A stretch of DNA of 60,972 nucleotides from an uncultured Gemmatimonadales bacterium (GCA_963825055.1 CAWGSK010000020.1:1-60972), one strand, 5' to 3'. Shown: positions 48,390-60,191, numbered from the stretch's first letter. Program-made: numbers and translations. Notes: a model not told the origin generated them from the letters alone.

Positions 48390-48631
48390 AACGGCGGAGC
48401 GAGCGAGAGCGGGTGGTGAAACCGGCGCGGATGCCGGCCCGTAGGTAGGGATGATCCCGGCCGCAGGCAGGCCGGAATCGCATGTGTCATTCCTTCCTCA
48501 ATCTGCCCGCCGGTCGCGGCCAAGAAGCACAGACCGGCGGGCAGATTCGCGTCTGGGAGGCGGACAGGCGGTCGTTTCGACTCAACGATTCAACTGCTTA
48601 ACGACTCAATGCCGCTTCTCCCTGCGCCCGA

Positions 48632-48898
48632 CTACCGCCCCTCCGGTCTCCCCGGCGGATCGTCGCTGACGAACACGTCCCGGTTCTTCTCGATGTACTC
48701 GGTCCACTCGGGGGGCACATCCTCCTCGGGGAAGATCGCGCTCACGGGGCACTCGGGTTCGCAGGCCCCACAGTCGATGCACTCCTCGGGGTGTATGTAC
48801 AGCTGATCCTCTCCCTCATAGATGCAGTCCACCGGACACACGTCCACGCAGGCGCGGTCCTTGGTATCGATGCAGGGCTCGGCAATCACGTACGCCAT
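48632..48898 (-). CDS. 7Fe-type ferredoxin (FdxA-like)
   Basis: MAYVIAEPC...[29 protein letters not shown]. Confidence 0.95.
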   Translation of the reverse strand: MAYVIAEPCIDTKDRACVDVCPVDCIYEGEDQLYIHPEECIDCGACEPECPVSAIFPEEDVPPEWTEYIEKNRDVFVSDDPPGRPEGR

Positions 48899-49014
48899 GT
48901 CCGCTCCTTCAGGTCCTCGAGGCTGGGGGGCGGGAAGAAATAGGAGGCCGCCGTCGAGGGCGCAAGGCCCCGCGCCCCTTTGCGGCTTCGATGCCTCCTG
49001 CGAAGTTTCCGGCG

Positions 49015-51080
49015 ATGATTCCCCTCTCCCGCCTGTGCCTCGCTGCGCTCCTCCTGATTCCCCGCCTGCTGCCCGCACAGGCATGCACGCCGGACACTCC
49101 ATCCGGACCGACGGCCCTCGTGCTTTCCGGCGGCGGGGCGAAGGGGCTCGCCCACATCGGTGTGCTCCGCGTGCTCGACAGCCTGCACATCCGGCCCGAT
49201 CTGGTCGTTGGCACGAGCATGGGGGCGATCATCGGCGCACTCTACGCCAGCGGTTACACCGGCCGCGAAATCGACAGCCTCACCCGCAGCCTTCCCCTCA
49301 CCCAGCTCTTCCGCGCCTATGAGCCCGAGGTGCCGCGATCACTCGGCCTGCTTCAACCGTTCGTAGTGTGGGAACAGCCGAGCGGGAGCAGGAGCTTCGT
49401 ACTGCAGCGGGCCGCGGTGGAGGAACCCGCGGTGAACGCGCTGCTGGATGCCGGAATGCTCCGGGGGAACCTGGCTGCCCGCGGGAACTTTGACTCCCTC
49501 CCGCTCCGGCTCCGCGTGGTGGCAACCGACCTGCTCTCCGGTGACGCGGTCGTTCTCGACAGCGGTGACCTGGCGTTCGCCGTGCGCGCCAGTGCCTCGG
49601 TGCCGCTGTTGTTCGATCCCCCGCGCTATCAGGGACGCTACCTCGGGGATGGGGCGCTGGCCGCCAATGTGCCGGTGGGTGTGGCGCGAGCCAACGGAGC
49701 CGCACGGGTCATCGTGTCCTATACGACCGAACCCACGCCGGACTCGCTCAACCTGAGTTCCCCGGTGACGCTGCTCGACCACCTGATCGGGCTGATGTTC
49801 AAGCAGCGCCCCGATTCGCTGGGGCCTGACGACATCGCCATCACGCCGGATGTCGAAGGGTTCGAGAGCCTGGACTTCACGCTGGATGCGGTCGACAGCC
49901 TCGTCCGCAACGGCTACCGGGCTGCCGCCGGCGCGCTGGACGGTGCCCGCTGCCTTCCCGCGGGCCCGCCCACGGGACGCGCCCCCCTGCCCTCCCGCGT
50001 GGGCGGGGTGCGCTTCATCGGCGACGTGGCTGCCGACAGCGCGCGGCTCGCCGCCGACCTCGGCCTGGAGCGTGGCCGCCCGCTCGACTTCCCTGCCCTG
50101 CTCACCGGCGTCCGGCGCCTCGGGCGGACGGAACGGTACCGCTCCGTGTGGCTCCATCCGACCGGAAACGGAGACACGGTCTCCTTCGCCCTCGAGACCC
50201 GGCCCGGTCCGCGCAGGGTGTTCGGTCTCGGGCTGGTTTACGACAGCGACCTGGGTGGCCGCCTCTGGCTCGGCGCGGTGGACCACGCCCTCATCAACCG
50301 TCGCACGGAAGGCACGGCGGCGCTCTACCTGGGTGAGCTCCGCCAGGAAGCCGCCTTTGGCTTCCGCTACCGTCCCCTGAGGCAGACCCCGTTCGAGCCG
50401 ACCCTGCTGGCGGAGGCGGGACGGGAACTGGTTCGCCAGTTCACACCCGCGGGCGAGGAACTGACCGGGATCCGGATTCACGAAGGGCGGGGACTGGCGG
50501 GAGTGGAACGACTCTTTACGCACGGCTGGCTTGCACAGGCGGGGGTCGAGGGCCGGACCTGGGAGGAACCGGGGCGCCGGGGCCAGCATGCACTCGGTGG
50601 CCGGCTGGTGGTGGAGAAGGGTGGGCGCCTCGCCGAGCGACTCTTCCGCGGCGACGTCGCACTTAACGGCGTGTATCGGAGGATCACCATCGAAGGCACT
50701 GCAACCGCCGCGTTCGGCAAGTGGCGAATCCGGCCGCGCGTGCGGTACGGATGGGGCGAGAACCTCCCCCCCACCTGGCCTTCGGACTGGGCGGCGACGA
50801 AGGCTTCCCCGGCCTGCATATCGGGGAACTCCGGGGTAATCGCGAGGCCCTCGGCGCCATCGTCGTCACCCGACCGATTGCGGGGCCGCTCCTCGCACGG
50901 GTAGAAGCGGTCGCAGGCCGCACCGCCACCGACGGCCCGGCCTTCCCGTCTGGACGATGGCTGTTTGGCGTCCGCGCCGGCTTTGGCCTCGAGACGTCAC
51001 TCGGCCCGGTGCGGGTGGAATACGGCCGAACCCGGGATGACCGGGAGGCGCTGTTCGTGAGGTTGGGGAGGTGGTTTTAG
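49015..51080 (+). CDS. Patatin phospholipase fused to POTRA/beta-barrel (PlpD-like), split by a frameshift in a C7 run
   Basis: GGGAKG, GTSMG, DGA; the second frame 50721-51080 continues to C-terminal LGRWF. Confidence 0.85.
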
Positions 51081-51081
51081 G

Positions 51082-51216
51082 AGCAGTGACTGGTGACTAG
51101 TGACTCGTGGGTAGTGCTTCAAGGCAGGAATGCGCCGGCTGAAAGCCTACCCGACGCGCTCTCTCTCCCTAAAGCACTAATCACTAATCACTAGTCACTA
51201 GTCACTAGTCACTGCT
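51082..51216. repeat. Inverted AGTGACT/AGTCACT heptamer arrays between convergent genes
   Basis: agcagtgact ggtgact agtgact ... aatcact agtcact agtcact agtcactgct. Confidence 0.88.
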
Positions 51217-51791
51217 TAATCGAAGCCCGCCGGGAACGGCGTCGCATAAGTCGCGGTCCGCGGCTCCGGCTCGCCGTACCTGCCCTGCCCCGCGTAGCGC
51301 TTGTTCCATTCAGGCCTGAGGCAGAACGGGTCCAGGCCGTGGGGACGGTCGACGGCGAGGACGCCGTCCAGATGGTCGACCTCATGCTGGATCAACTCGG
51401 CCAGCGGCCCCTCCAGGTCCATTTCTTCCGTCGTTGCCTTCATCGTCTGGTACCGGACCCGGACCCGGTACGCCCGTGAGACCCGCACCAGCAGGTTGGG
51501 ATGCGAGTAGCAGTCGTCCCAGACGGCAAAGTCCTCGTTGCCCACGTCGACAATCTCCGGGTTGATGAGGACCCAGGGCTTGTCGACCTCCACGTAGACA
51601 ATGCGGACCGGTGCACCGATCTGCGGCGCCGACATGGACCGGCCGAACCCGAGGCGCTCCTTCGAGTCGCGGAAGGTCTCGGCGAGGTCGTCGATAACCA
51701 CGTGAACGGCGGTCGAGCGCGGCTTGCTGATCGGCTCGCAGCGTGACCGCAGGACGGGATCTCCAAGCAGGCGAATGGGATGGATGCTCAT
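51216..51791 (-). CDS. def: Peptide deformylase-like protein with variant motifs
   Basis: GDPVLR, SAPQIG, INPEI, DDCYS, QHEVDHLDG. Confidence 0.85.
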   Translation of the reverse strand: MSIHPIRLLGDPVLRSRCEPISKPRSTAVHVVIDDLAETFRDSKERLGFGRSMSAPQIGAPVRIVYVEVDKPWVLINPEIVDVGNEDFAVWDDCYSHPNLLVRVSRAYRVRVRYQTMKATTEEMDLEGPLAELIQHEVDHLDGVLAVDRPHGLDPFCLRPEWNKRYAGQGRYGEPEPRTATYATPFPAGFD

Positions 51792-51900
51792 AGACGGCGA
51801 CCGGCTGAGGGTCCAGGTCGAACGGGCGAATCCCCAATCTCATGCCCGATCCCGATTCACACAACACCCGCTGTACCCGGTGATCTTGGAAAAACAGCCT

Positions 51901-52082
51901 TACCACGAAGGGCACAAAGTACACAAAGAATATTGTAATGCTTTGCAAATAAACAACTTAAAGCTGGGGTGGCAGGTTTTGATAATTGTTAGTAGTTGCA
52001 GATAATACTAATAAAGGCATCCCGAGACGGCTGCTGTCGCGCTTGCCGGAACCTCTGCGTCCTTCGCGCCCTTTGTGGTGAA
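51901..52082. repeat. Inverted 9-mer arms (ACCACGAAGGGCACAAAG...CTTCGCGCCCTTTGTGGT) around an AT-rich core
   Basis: Same arm family as 45522-45646. Confidence 0.75.
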
Positions 52083-52136
52083 GCTGTTCTCCGATCCGCA
52101 AGACGTTGTAAAACCTAGCCTTATAGATTCGCACCA

Positions 52137-52181
52137 AAAATCCGATTTTATGTTGACAACAGCCCCGGGCCCCCCTAGGAT
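52137..52181 (+). promoter_or_regulatory. suf operon promoter with palindromic candidate operators
   Basis: TTGACA-17-TAGGAT; palindromes AAAATCCGATTTT (52137-52149) and TGTTGACAACA (52151-52161). Confidence 0.78.
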
Positions 52182-52187
52182 TCCCGC

Positions 52188-52895
52188 ATGGCCAGTCCTC
52201 TACCGATCCAAGGCGGCGAGCGCAGCATGCCTGCGGGCTACAAGGGCCCGCGTGGCGAGATTCTCGTCGAGCTCAAGTGCGGCGCGGGCCTGACTGCGCG
52301 CGACCTCGCCGATCGGCTGGGCATGAGCAACAACGCCGTCCGCCATCACCTGAAGGAACTCGAGGTGGACGGGCTCATCACCCATCGCCGGGAACAGCGG
52401 GGTGTCGGTGCACCGGTCTTCATTCACGTCCTGACGCCGGCAGCCGAGAAGCTGTTCCCGCGTCGGTACGAAGACCTGATGACCCGTGCGCTGGAGCACC
52501 TGGCCGATAGCGAAGGCCGCCACGCGGTAGTGAGGCTGGTGGAGGAGCGGTACGCGGCCCTGGCGGCGCGGATCCGGGAGGAGCTCAGGGCGGCGCCGGC
52601 CGCGGAGCGGCTGGCCGTTGTGGCCCGGCTCCTGGCCGATGACGGCTACATGGCACAGTGGGAAGACACTGGTGGCGCGCTGGTGCTCAAGGAGCACAAC
52701 TGCGCGATCCGCGCCGTCGCCGAGCGGTTCCCCGAAGTCTGTGAGGCGGAAGCGCGCTTCCTTCAGGACGTACTTGGCGTCGGCGTCGAGCGGCGGCTCC
52801 ATATCCTGGACGGGTGCCGCGCCTGCGAATACGACATTGACGCACCCGGCCGTCCCGGGGATGAGGCGGCGGAAACAGGAAGGGCGGCATCATGA
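52188..52895 (+). CDS. sufR: SufR-like Fe-S-sensing HTH regulator
   Basis: ArsR-like HTH (AVRHHL), FPRRY, HNC...C...CxxC; heads the suf operon. Confidence 0.85.
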   Translation: MASPLPIQGGERSMPAGYKGPRGEILVELKCGAGLTARDLADRLGMSNNAVRHHLKELEVDGLITHRREQRGVGAPVFIHVLTPAAEKLFPRRYEDLMTRALEHLADSEGRHAVVRLVEERYAALAARIREELRAAPAAERLAVVARLLADDGYMAQWEDTGGALVLKEHNCAIRAVAERFPEVCEAEARFLQDVLGVGVERRLHILDGCRACEYDIDAPGRPGDEAAETGRAAS

Positions 52896-52930
52896 GTGCG
52901 CCCCGGGCAGAAAGACAGGATGGAGCAGAC

Positions 52931-54370
<1,440 letters not shown>

Positions 54371-54435
54371 GAGAAGGGTCGAGAGGTCGAGGAGTCGAGA
54401 GTCGAGAAGCGGAGATTGAACTTAACGGAGAACGC

Positions 54436-55191
54436 ATGCTGGAGATCAGGGGCCTCAGGGCCAACGTGGGCGACAAGGAAATCCTCAAGGGTGTCGACCT
54501 CACCGTGAATGCCGGCGAGGTGCATGCAGTCATGGGCCCCAACGGGTCAGGCAAGAGCACGCTAGCGCAGGTGCTGGCCGGGCACCCGGGCTACGAGGTC
54601 ACCGGCGGGACGGCTACGTACGAGGGGAAGGACCTCCTGGACATGGACCCGGACGAACGGGCCCGCGCGGGCGTGTTCCTGGCGTTCCAGTATCCGGTCG
54701 AGATTCCCGGGATCACCAACGCCTATTTTCTGCGGAGCGCGTATAACGAGGTCCGGAAGTCACGTGGCCTCGAGGAGCTTGATCCGCTTGACTTTGCCGA
54801 TCTGGTCGAGGAGAAGCTCAAGCTGGTGGACTGGGACGAGTCGGTCCTGAGCCGCTTCGTCAACAGCGGTTTCTCCGGCGGCGAGAAGAAGCGGAACGAG
54901 ATCCTGCAGATGGCCGTGCTCGAGCCGAAGCTTGCCATTCTGGACGAGACCGACAGCGGCCTCGACATCGATGCGCTGCGTATCGTGGCCAACGGCGTGA
55001 ACCAGCTCCGCCGGCCGGATTCTGCGACTGTCCTGGTCACGCACTATCAGCGGCTGCTCAACTACATCGTGCCCGACCGGGTGCACGTCCTCTCGCAGGG
55101 CCGCATCGTGAAGTCGGGTGATCGTGCGCTGGCGCTCGAGCTCGAGGAGCGCGGCTACGAGTGGCTGACGGGCGAAGCGGAGGCGGCGTGA
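54436..55191 (+). CDS. sufC: Fe-S cluster assembly ATPase SufC
   Basis: [38 protein letters not shown]. Confidence 0.98.
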   Translation: MLEIRGLRANVGDKEILKGVDLTVNAGEVHAVMGPNGSGKSTLAQVLAGHPGYEVTGGTATYEGKDLLDMDPDERARAGVFLAFQYPVEIPGITNAYFLRSAYNEVRKSRGLEELDPLDFADLVEEKLKLVDWDESVLSRFVNSGFSGGEKKRNEILQMAVLEPKLAILDETDSGLDIDALRIVANGVNQLRRPDSATVLVTHYQRLLNYIVPDRVHVLSQGRIVKSGDRALALELEERGYEWLTGEAEAA

Positions 55192-56503
55192 CTACCACGT
55201 TCGCCACCGATTTTGAGGCCTTCGCCGCCAATGGCGGGGCCGCGGGTCCGTCCTGGCTGCTGCCGATGCGCCGCGAGGCGTTCGAGCGTTTCCTGGCCGA
55301 GGGTATCCCGACGCCGCGGAACGAAGACTGGAAGTTCACCAGCGTGACCGCGCTGGCCGACCGTCCGGTCCGGATCGCGGGGGAGGGCAGGGCCCTCCAG
55401 CCGCGCGACTTGAGGCCCTTCGAATTCGTCGGCGAGACGTGGTCGGAGCTGGTCTTCCTGAACGGCCGCTTCCAGGCCGGCCTGAGCCGGGTCGGTACGC
55501 TGCCTGCAGGCGTGATCCTGACCAGCATGGCCGAGGCACTGGCGAAGCATCCCGACCTGGTGCACCAGCACCTGGGGGGGAGTCGCACGATGGCTCCATT
55601 GCCTTCACGGCCCTCAACACGGCCTTCATGCAGGACGGTACCTTCCTCTACGTGCCCCGGAACACGGTCCTGCCCGGTCCGGTGCACCTGCTGTTCCTGA
55701 CCGACCCGGTCGAGGAGGACGGTTCAACCCACCCACGCAATCTGCTCGTCGCCGACGAAGGCGCCGAGGGGTATGTGGTCGAGAGTTACGGCGCGCTGGC
55801 GGATGGCGGCTACTTCACCAATGCCATGACCGAGGTGCGGGTGGGACCGAACGCGTTCCTGGGGCACTGCAAGGTACAGCGGGAAAGTGAGGCGGCCTGG
55901 CACGTCGGGACGTGCGAAGTCCGGCAGGCACGGGACAGCCGTTTCCGGAGCTTCTCCTGTGCCCTTGGCGGCAGGGTGTCCCGGACCAACATCTACTCCG
56001 TCATGGACGGCACGGGCGCGCTCTGCACCATGAACGGGCTCTACATGGGCCACGGCGACCAGCACATCGATCACCAGACCCGGATCGAGCACGCGCAGCC
56101 CGGCTGTGCCAGCCGCGAGGTGTACAAGGGCGTGCTGGACGGGAGCTCGCACGGCGTGTTCAACGGCAAGGTCTACGTGCGCCCCGAGGCGCAGCAGACC
56201 GACGGCAAGCAGACCAACAAGAACCTGCTGCTCTCCGAGAAGGCGCGGGTGGACACCAAGCCGCAGCTCGAGATCTTCGCGGACGACGTGAAGTGCACCC
56301 ACGGCGCGACGGTGGGGACACTGGATGAACTGTCTCTCTTCTACATGGAAAGCCGTGGGATTGCCGACCGGATGGCCAGGAAGATGCTGACCTACGGTTT
56401 CGCCGCCGAGGTGCTGGCGGAAGTCCAGGTGCCGGACGTCCGGCAGCGGCTGGAACAGCTGGTCTTCCAGCGCCTGGACGAGGCGGGAGAGGCGGCAGCG
56501 TGA
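55188..56503 (+). CDS. sufD: Fe-S cluster assembly protein SufD, split by a frameshift in a G7 run
   Basis: Frame 1 [11 protein letters not shown]; frame 2 [28 protein letters not shown]. Confidence 0.92.
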
Positions 56504-57750
56504 CCGTGGCGCGCCCCGCCCCGGCGCCCGCGCTGGATGCGGGCAGGATCCGGCTTGATTTCCCCATTCTTGACACCCAGGTGCACGGTCATCCGCTCGT
56601 CTACCTGGATAACGCCGCCACCACCCAGACCCCGGAGCCGGTGCTGGAGGCGATGGCGTCCTACTGGCACCACGACAACGCCAACATCCACCGTGGCGTT
56701 CACGCCCTGAGCGAACGCGCCACCGCCGCCTGCGAAGGGGTTCGGGGCCGCGCCGCCCGGTTCCTGGGCGCGCCCCTGTCCGAGGACGTCATCTTCGTCC
56801 GGGGCACCACCGAGGCCATCAACCTGGTTGCGGCTTCCTGGGGCGGGATCAATGTCCACGAGGGCGACGAGATCCTGGTGTCCGGCATGGAGCACCACTC
56901 GAACCTCGTGCCCTGGCAGATGCTGGCGCAGCGGACCGGTGCCCGGATCCGGGTCATCCCGGTGACCGATGACGGCACGCTTGACATGGAGGCACTCGAG
57001 GGGGTTCTCGCGGCCGGTCCGGTGAAGGTCGTGGCGGTCGCGCACGTCTCGAACGTACTTGGCACGGTAAACCCGGTCCGCCGGATCGCGGACCTCGCGC
57101 ATGCCCACGGCGCGGTGCTGGTGGTGGATGGGGCGCAGGGCGCTCCGCATCTCCCGGTCGATGTTCAGGCGCTGGACTGTGACTTCTACGCCTGCTCCGC
57201 GCACAAGATGCTCGGGCCGACGGGTATCGGCGTGCTCTACGGCCGCACCAGCCTCCTGGAGGGGATGCCGCCCTGGCAGGGTGGCGGCGGCATGATCGCG
57301 AACGTCACGTACGAGCGGAGCACCTATGCTCCCGTCCCGGCCCGGTTCGAGGCCGGGACCCCGGCCATCGCCGAGATCGTCGGGTTCGGCGCCGCGCTGG
57401 ACTACCTGGACGAGATCGGTCTCGACGCGATCGCAGCCCATGAAGACCGGTTGCTCCGCCGGGCGTCGGAGTCCATCGCCCAGGTCCGCGGGCTCCGCCT
57501 CATCGGCACGGCGGAAGAGAAGGTCAGCGTCCTGTCCTTCGTGATGGACGCGGCGCACCCGCACGACATCGGCACCATCCTGGACCAGCACGGCATCGCC
57601 ATTCGCGCGGGCCACCACTGCGCCCAGCCCCTGATGGAGCGCCTGGGCGTGCCTGCCACCGCGCGCGCCTCGTTCAGCGTCTACAACACCGAGGATGACG
57701 TCCACGCGCTGGTCCTCGGCCTCCACCAGGTTGCCCAGGTGTTCGGATGA
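56500..57750 (+). CDS. sufS: Cysteine desulfurase SufS
   Basis: YLDNAATTQ, SAHKMLGPTG, RAGHHCAQP. Confidence 0.97.
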   Translation: MTVARPAPAPALDAGRIRLDFPILDTQVHGHPLVYLDNAATTQTPEPVLEAMASYWHHDNANIHRGVHALSERATAACEGVRGRAARFLGAPLSEDVIFVRGTTEAINLVAASWGGINVHEGDEILVSGMEHHSNLVPWQMLAQRTGARIRVIPVTDDGTLDMEALEGVLAAGPVKVVAVAHVSNVLGTVNPVRRIADLAHAHGAVLVVDGAQGAPHLPVDVQALDCDFYACSAHKMLGPTGIGVLYGRTSLLEGMPPWQGGGGMIANVTYERSTYAPVPARFEAGTPAIAEIVGFGAALDYLDEIGLDAIAAHEDRLLRRASESIAQVRGLRLIGTAEEKVSVLSFVMDAAHPHDIGTILDQHGIAIRAGHHCAQPLMERLGVPATARASFSVYNTEDDVHALVLGLHQVAQVFG

Positions 57751-58202
57751 GCGACCTGAGCGAGCTCTACCAGGGCGTCATCCTTGACCATAACCGGCGC
57801 CCCCGGAACTTCGGGCCGCTGGCGGATGCCAGCGCCGAGGCGGAGGGGTACAATCCTCTCTGCGGCGACCGGTTCACCGTCCGGGTGAAGATGGACGGCG
57901 ACCGGATCGACTCGGTGAAATTCGAGGGGATGGGCTGCGCCGTTTCCAAGGCGAGCGCCAGCGTCATGACGACGCTGGTGAAAGGGAAGACCCGGGAAGA
58001 AGCGCAGGCCATGTTCGGCCGGTTCCAGCAGATGGTGACGGGGCAGGGGACCGCAGCGGACTCGGGTCCGGGGAGCCGCAAGCTCGCCGTCTTCTCGGGC
58101 GTGTCCGAATTTCCGAGCCGGGTCAAGTGCGCCATCCTGGGCTGGCATGCCCTCAAGGCGGCGCTCGAGGAGAAGGCCCCGGACCCTGTCAGCACCGAAT
58201 AG
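57747..58202 (+). CDS. sufU: SufU sulfur-transfer protein
   Basis: LYQGVILDH, NPLCGD, GCAVSKAS, RVKCAILGW. Confidence 0.95.
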   Translation: MSDLSELYQGVILDHNRRPRNFGPLADASAEAEGYNPLCGDRFTVRVKMDGDRIDSVKFEGMGCAVSKASASVMTTLVKGKTREEAQAMFGRFQQMVTGQGTAADSGPGSRKLAVFSGVSEFPSRVKCAILGWHALKAALEEKAPDPVSTE

Positions 58203-58234
58203 GTTGAGAATCTCAGTCCTGAACCAGAGGAAAC

Positions 58235-58675
58235 ATGATGCCGTACGATGAACGACTTATCGCCCCGATGCGCAAGGAAATGACCGACATGGGTGCGAAG
58301 GAGCTCCGGAATCCTGCCGAGGTGGACGAGGCCCTGGGCAACAATCCGGCGCCGACCACGCTGGTCTTCGTGAACTCCGTGTGCGGGTGTGCCGCGGGTA
58401 ACGCCCGTCCGGCGCTCCGGCTGGCCTTGCAGCACAAAACGACTCCGGACGCGGTGGTCACCGTGTTTGCCGGCCAGGATTCGGACGCCACGGCCCGGGC
58501 CCGGCAGTACTTCGCCGAATACCAGCCGAGCAGCCCGAGCATCGCCATCCTCCGCGATGGCGAGCCGGTCCACATGGTACACCGTCACCAGATCGAGGGC
58601 CAGCCACCCGAGGCCGTCGCGCAGAACCTCATCGCGATCTTTGACCGCTACTGCGGTGCCGGGGCCGGGGCGTGA
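58235..58675 (+). CDS. BrxA/BrxB family bacilliredoxin (YphP/YqiW-like)
   Basis: PMRKEM, VNSVCGCAAGNARP, VFAGQD, PSSPS, RHQIEG. Confidence 0.9.
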   Translation: MMPYDERLIAPMRKEMTDMGAKELRNPAEVDEALGNNPAPTTLVFVNSVCGCAAGNARPALRLALQHKTTPDAVVTVFAGQDSDATARARQYFAEYQPSSPSIAILRDGEPVHMVHRHQIEGQPPEAVAQNLIAIFDRYCGAGAGA

Positions 58676-58956
58676 GCGGACACGTGTTCCATCCGGGCCA
58701 CGAAACGCTGCACGGGATCACGGTCGTCCTGGAGACGACGGGCCCCGTGACCATCGTGGGCCGGTATGACAAGAAGGATGAACACGGGGTCCATCTGCTG
58801 AACGTCTCCCTGCACGATGCGACGAGTGATGCGGAGAGCCGCCAGGAATTCCTCGACCGGTCCAACCGGTTCGGGATCCGGGTGGATCGTCCGCACCTTC
58901 TGGTGCCGGAGGGAGATGTGAAGCAGATCGTCCGGCTGGCCGAGGCGGTGTCCTAG
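58672..58956 (+). CDS. Small hypothetical protein, possible Sm/LSm-like fold
   Basis: GTGA overlap with brx; His-rich N-terminus; beta-strand pattern. Confidence 0.75.
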   Translation: MSGHVFHPGHETLHGITVVLETTGPVTIVGRYDKKDEHGVHLLNVSLHDATSDAESRQEFLDRSNRFGIRVDRPHLLVPEGDVKQIVRLAEAVS

Positions 58957-58975
58957 CCCTCGTTAGATTCGGGGA

Positions 58976-59956
58976 ATGAACTCGAGCCGGTTCCGTCGTA
59001 CCGTTCGTCTCGCTCTGCTGTCATGCCTTGTCGCCTGTCCTGCCATCGCCGCAGGGCAGGCGACTTCCGTCTGGGTACCCTTCACCCTTACCACCTCCGA
59101 CAGTGTCGTCCTGCACGGCGTGACGGCCGGGGATGGACCGCTGTTGCTGGTGCTGCATGGCGGACCGTCCCTCGGCTCGTCATATCTCAAGTCTGGTCTC
59201 GCTCCCCTCGCCCGGGATCGTCAGGTCGTCCTGTTCGACCAGCGCGGTACCGGGGCGTCCCTGCTTCCCGACAGCACCACACCCACCCTGAGGCAGTCGC
59301 TCTCCGACATCGACGCGATGCGGCAGCATTTCGGGGCGGACCGGATGGCGCTCCTCGGCCACAGCTGGGGTGGCTATCTCGCGATGGCCTATGCCGAGCG
59401 CCATTCGGCCCATCTGACCGGTCTCGTCCTCGTTGCGACCACCGAGCCCGGGAACCGGTATGCGGAGCGTCTCGCCCTCGCCCTGCGGGAGCGGAGGACC
59501 GAGGCCGACTCCCTGGAACTGCTCCAGCTGTTCACTTCCGAGGGCTACGCCCGTGGCGAGACTGCCACCATGGACCGGATCTACCAGACCGTGTTCCGGC
59601 ACTGGTTCGGCGATACCGCGCTGGCCCGCCGGCTCGAACCGGGACTCGACCGGGCGGCCGCCGAACGGGGACGGGAGGCCGGCCGGGCCCTCTCGGCGGA
59701 CGAGAACGGCGCGGCGACCTGGTCGGCGCTGGACCGGATCAGCGTGCCGGTCCTGATCATTCACGGCGACAGGGATCCGGAGCCTCTCGACATGGCGAGG
59801 GATCTGTCCGTGGGGATTCCCGGTGCCGAGCTGGCGATCATGCCCGGGGTGGGGCACTTCCCCATGGTGGAACGGCCGGAGGCCTTCGTGGCCGTGGTAC
59901 GGGGTTTCCTCGCCGCGATCCCTCCACCGTCGGGGCGACCGAGCGGTCGCCCGTAG
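58976..59956 (+). CDS. Secreted alpha/beta hydrolase (proline iminopeptidase-like)
   Basis: LHGGP, DQRGTG, GHSWGG, HGDRD, GHF. Confidence 0.88.
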   Translation: MNSSRFRRTVRLALLSCLVACPAIAAGQATSVWVPFTLTTSDSVVLHGVTAGDGPLLLVLHGGPSLGSSYLKSGLAPLARDRQVVLFDQRGTGASLLPDSTTPTLRQSLSDIDAMRQHFGADRMALLGHSWGGYLAMAYAERHSAHLTGLVLVATTEPGNRYAERLALALRERRTEADSLELLQLFTSEGYARGETATMDRIYQTVFRHWFGDTALARRLEPGLDRAAAERGREAGRALSADENGAATWSALDRISVPVLIIHGDRDPEPLDMARDLSVGIPGAELAIMPGVGHFPMVERPEAFVAVVRGFLAAIPPPSGRPSGRP

Positions 59957-60180
59957 GGTCGAGTGCTATCGACAGCGGCCTTCGCGGGCCGCGCCATCCA
60001 TCTATCCACCGTCGGGGCGACCGGACGGTCGCCCGTAGGGTCAAGCGCTGTCGACAGCGGCCTTTGCGGGCCGCGCCATCCATCAAGCCGCCGTCGGGGC
60101 GACCGGACGGTCGCCCGTAGGGTCGAGCGCTATCGAAACGGCCTTCGCGGGCCGCGCCATCCATCAAGCCGCCGTCGGGG
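59924..60180. repeat. Three about 82-bp tandem BIME-like REP units
   Basis: Units start at about 59924, 60006 and 60088; each has GGGCGACC-N4-GGTCGCCC and a GCGGCC...GGCCGC palindrome. Confidence 0.9.
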
Positions 60181-60191
60181 CCTGCCACCGC

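Noticed and set aside
48298..48523. Minus-strand small ORFs in the hydrolase-ferredoxin gap
   Set aside because: They overlap the convergent hydrolase end and repeats, with non-protein-like composition
55570..55585. Programmed ribosomal frameshifting in sufD or the patatin gene
   Set aside because: No precedent known to me for these genes; recurring single-base deletions point to sequencing error
59924..60180. CRISPR-like periodic array
   Set aside because: The would-be spacers are near-identical, there are no cas genes, and the adjacent RAYT explains it as REP/BIME
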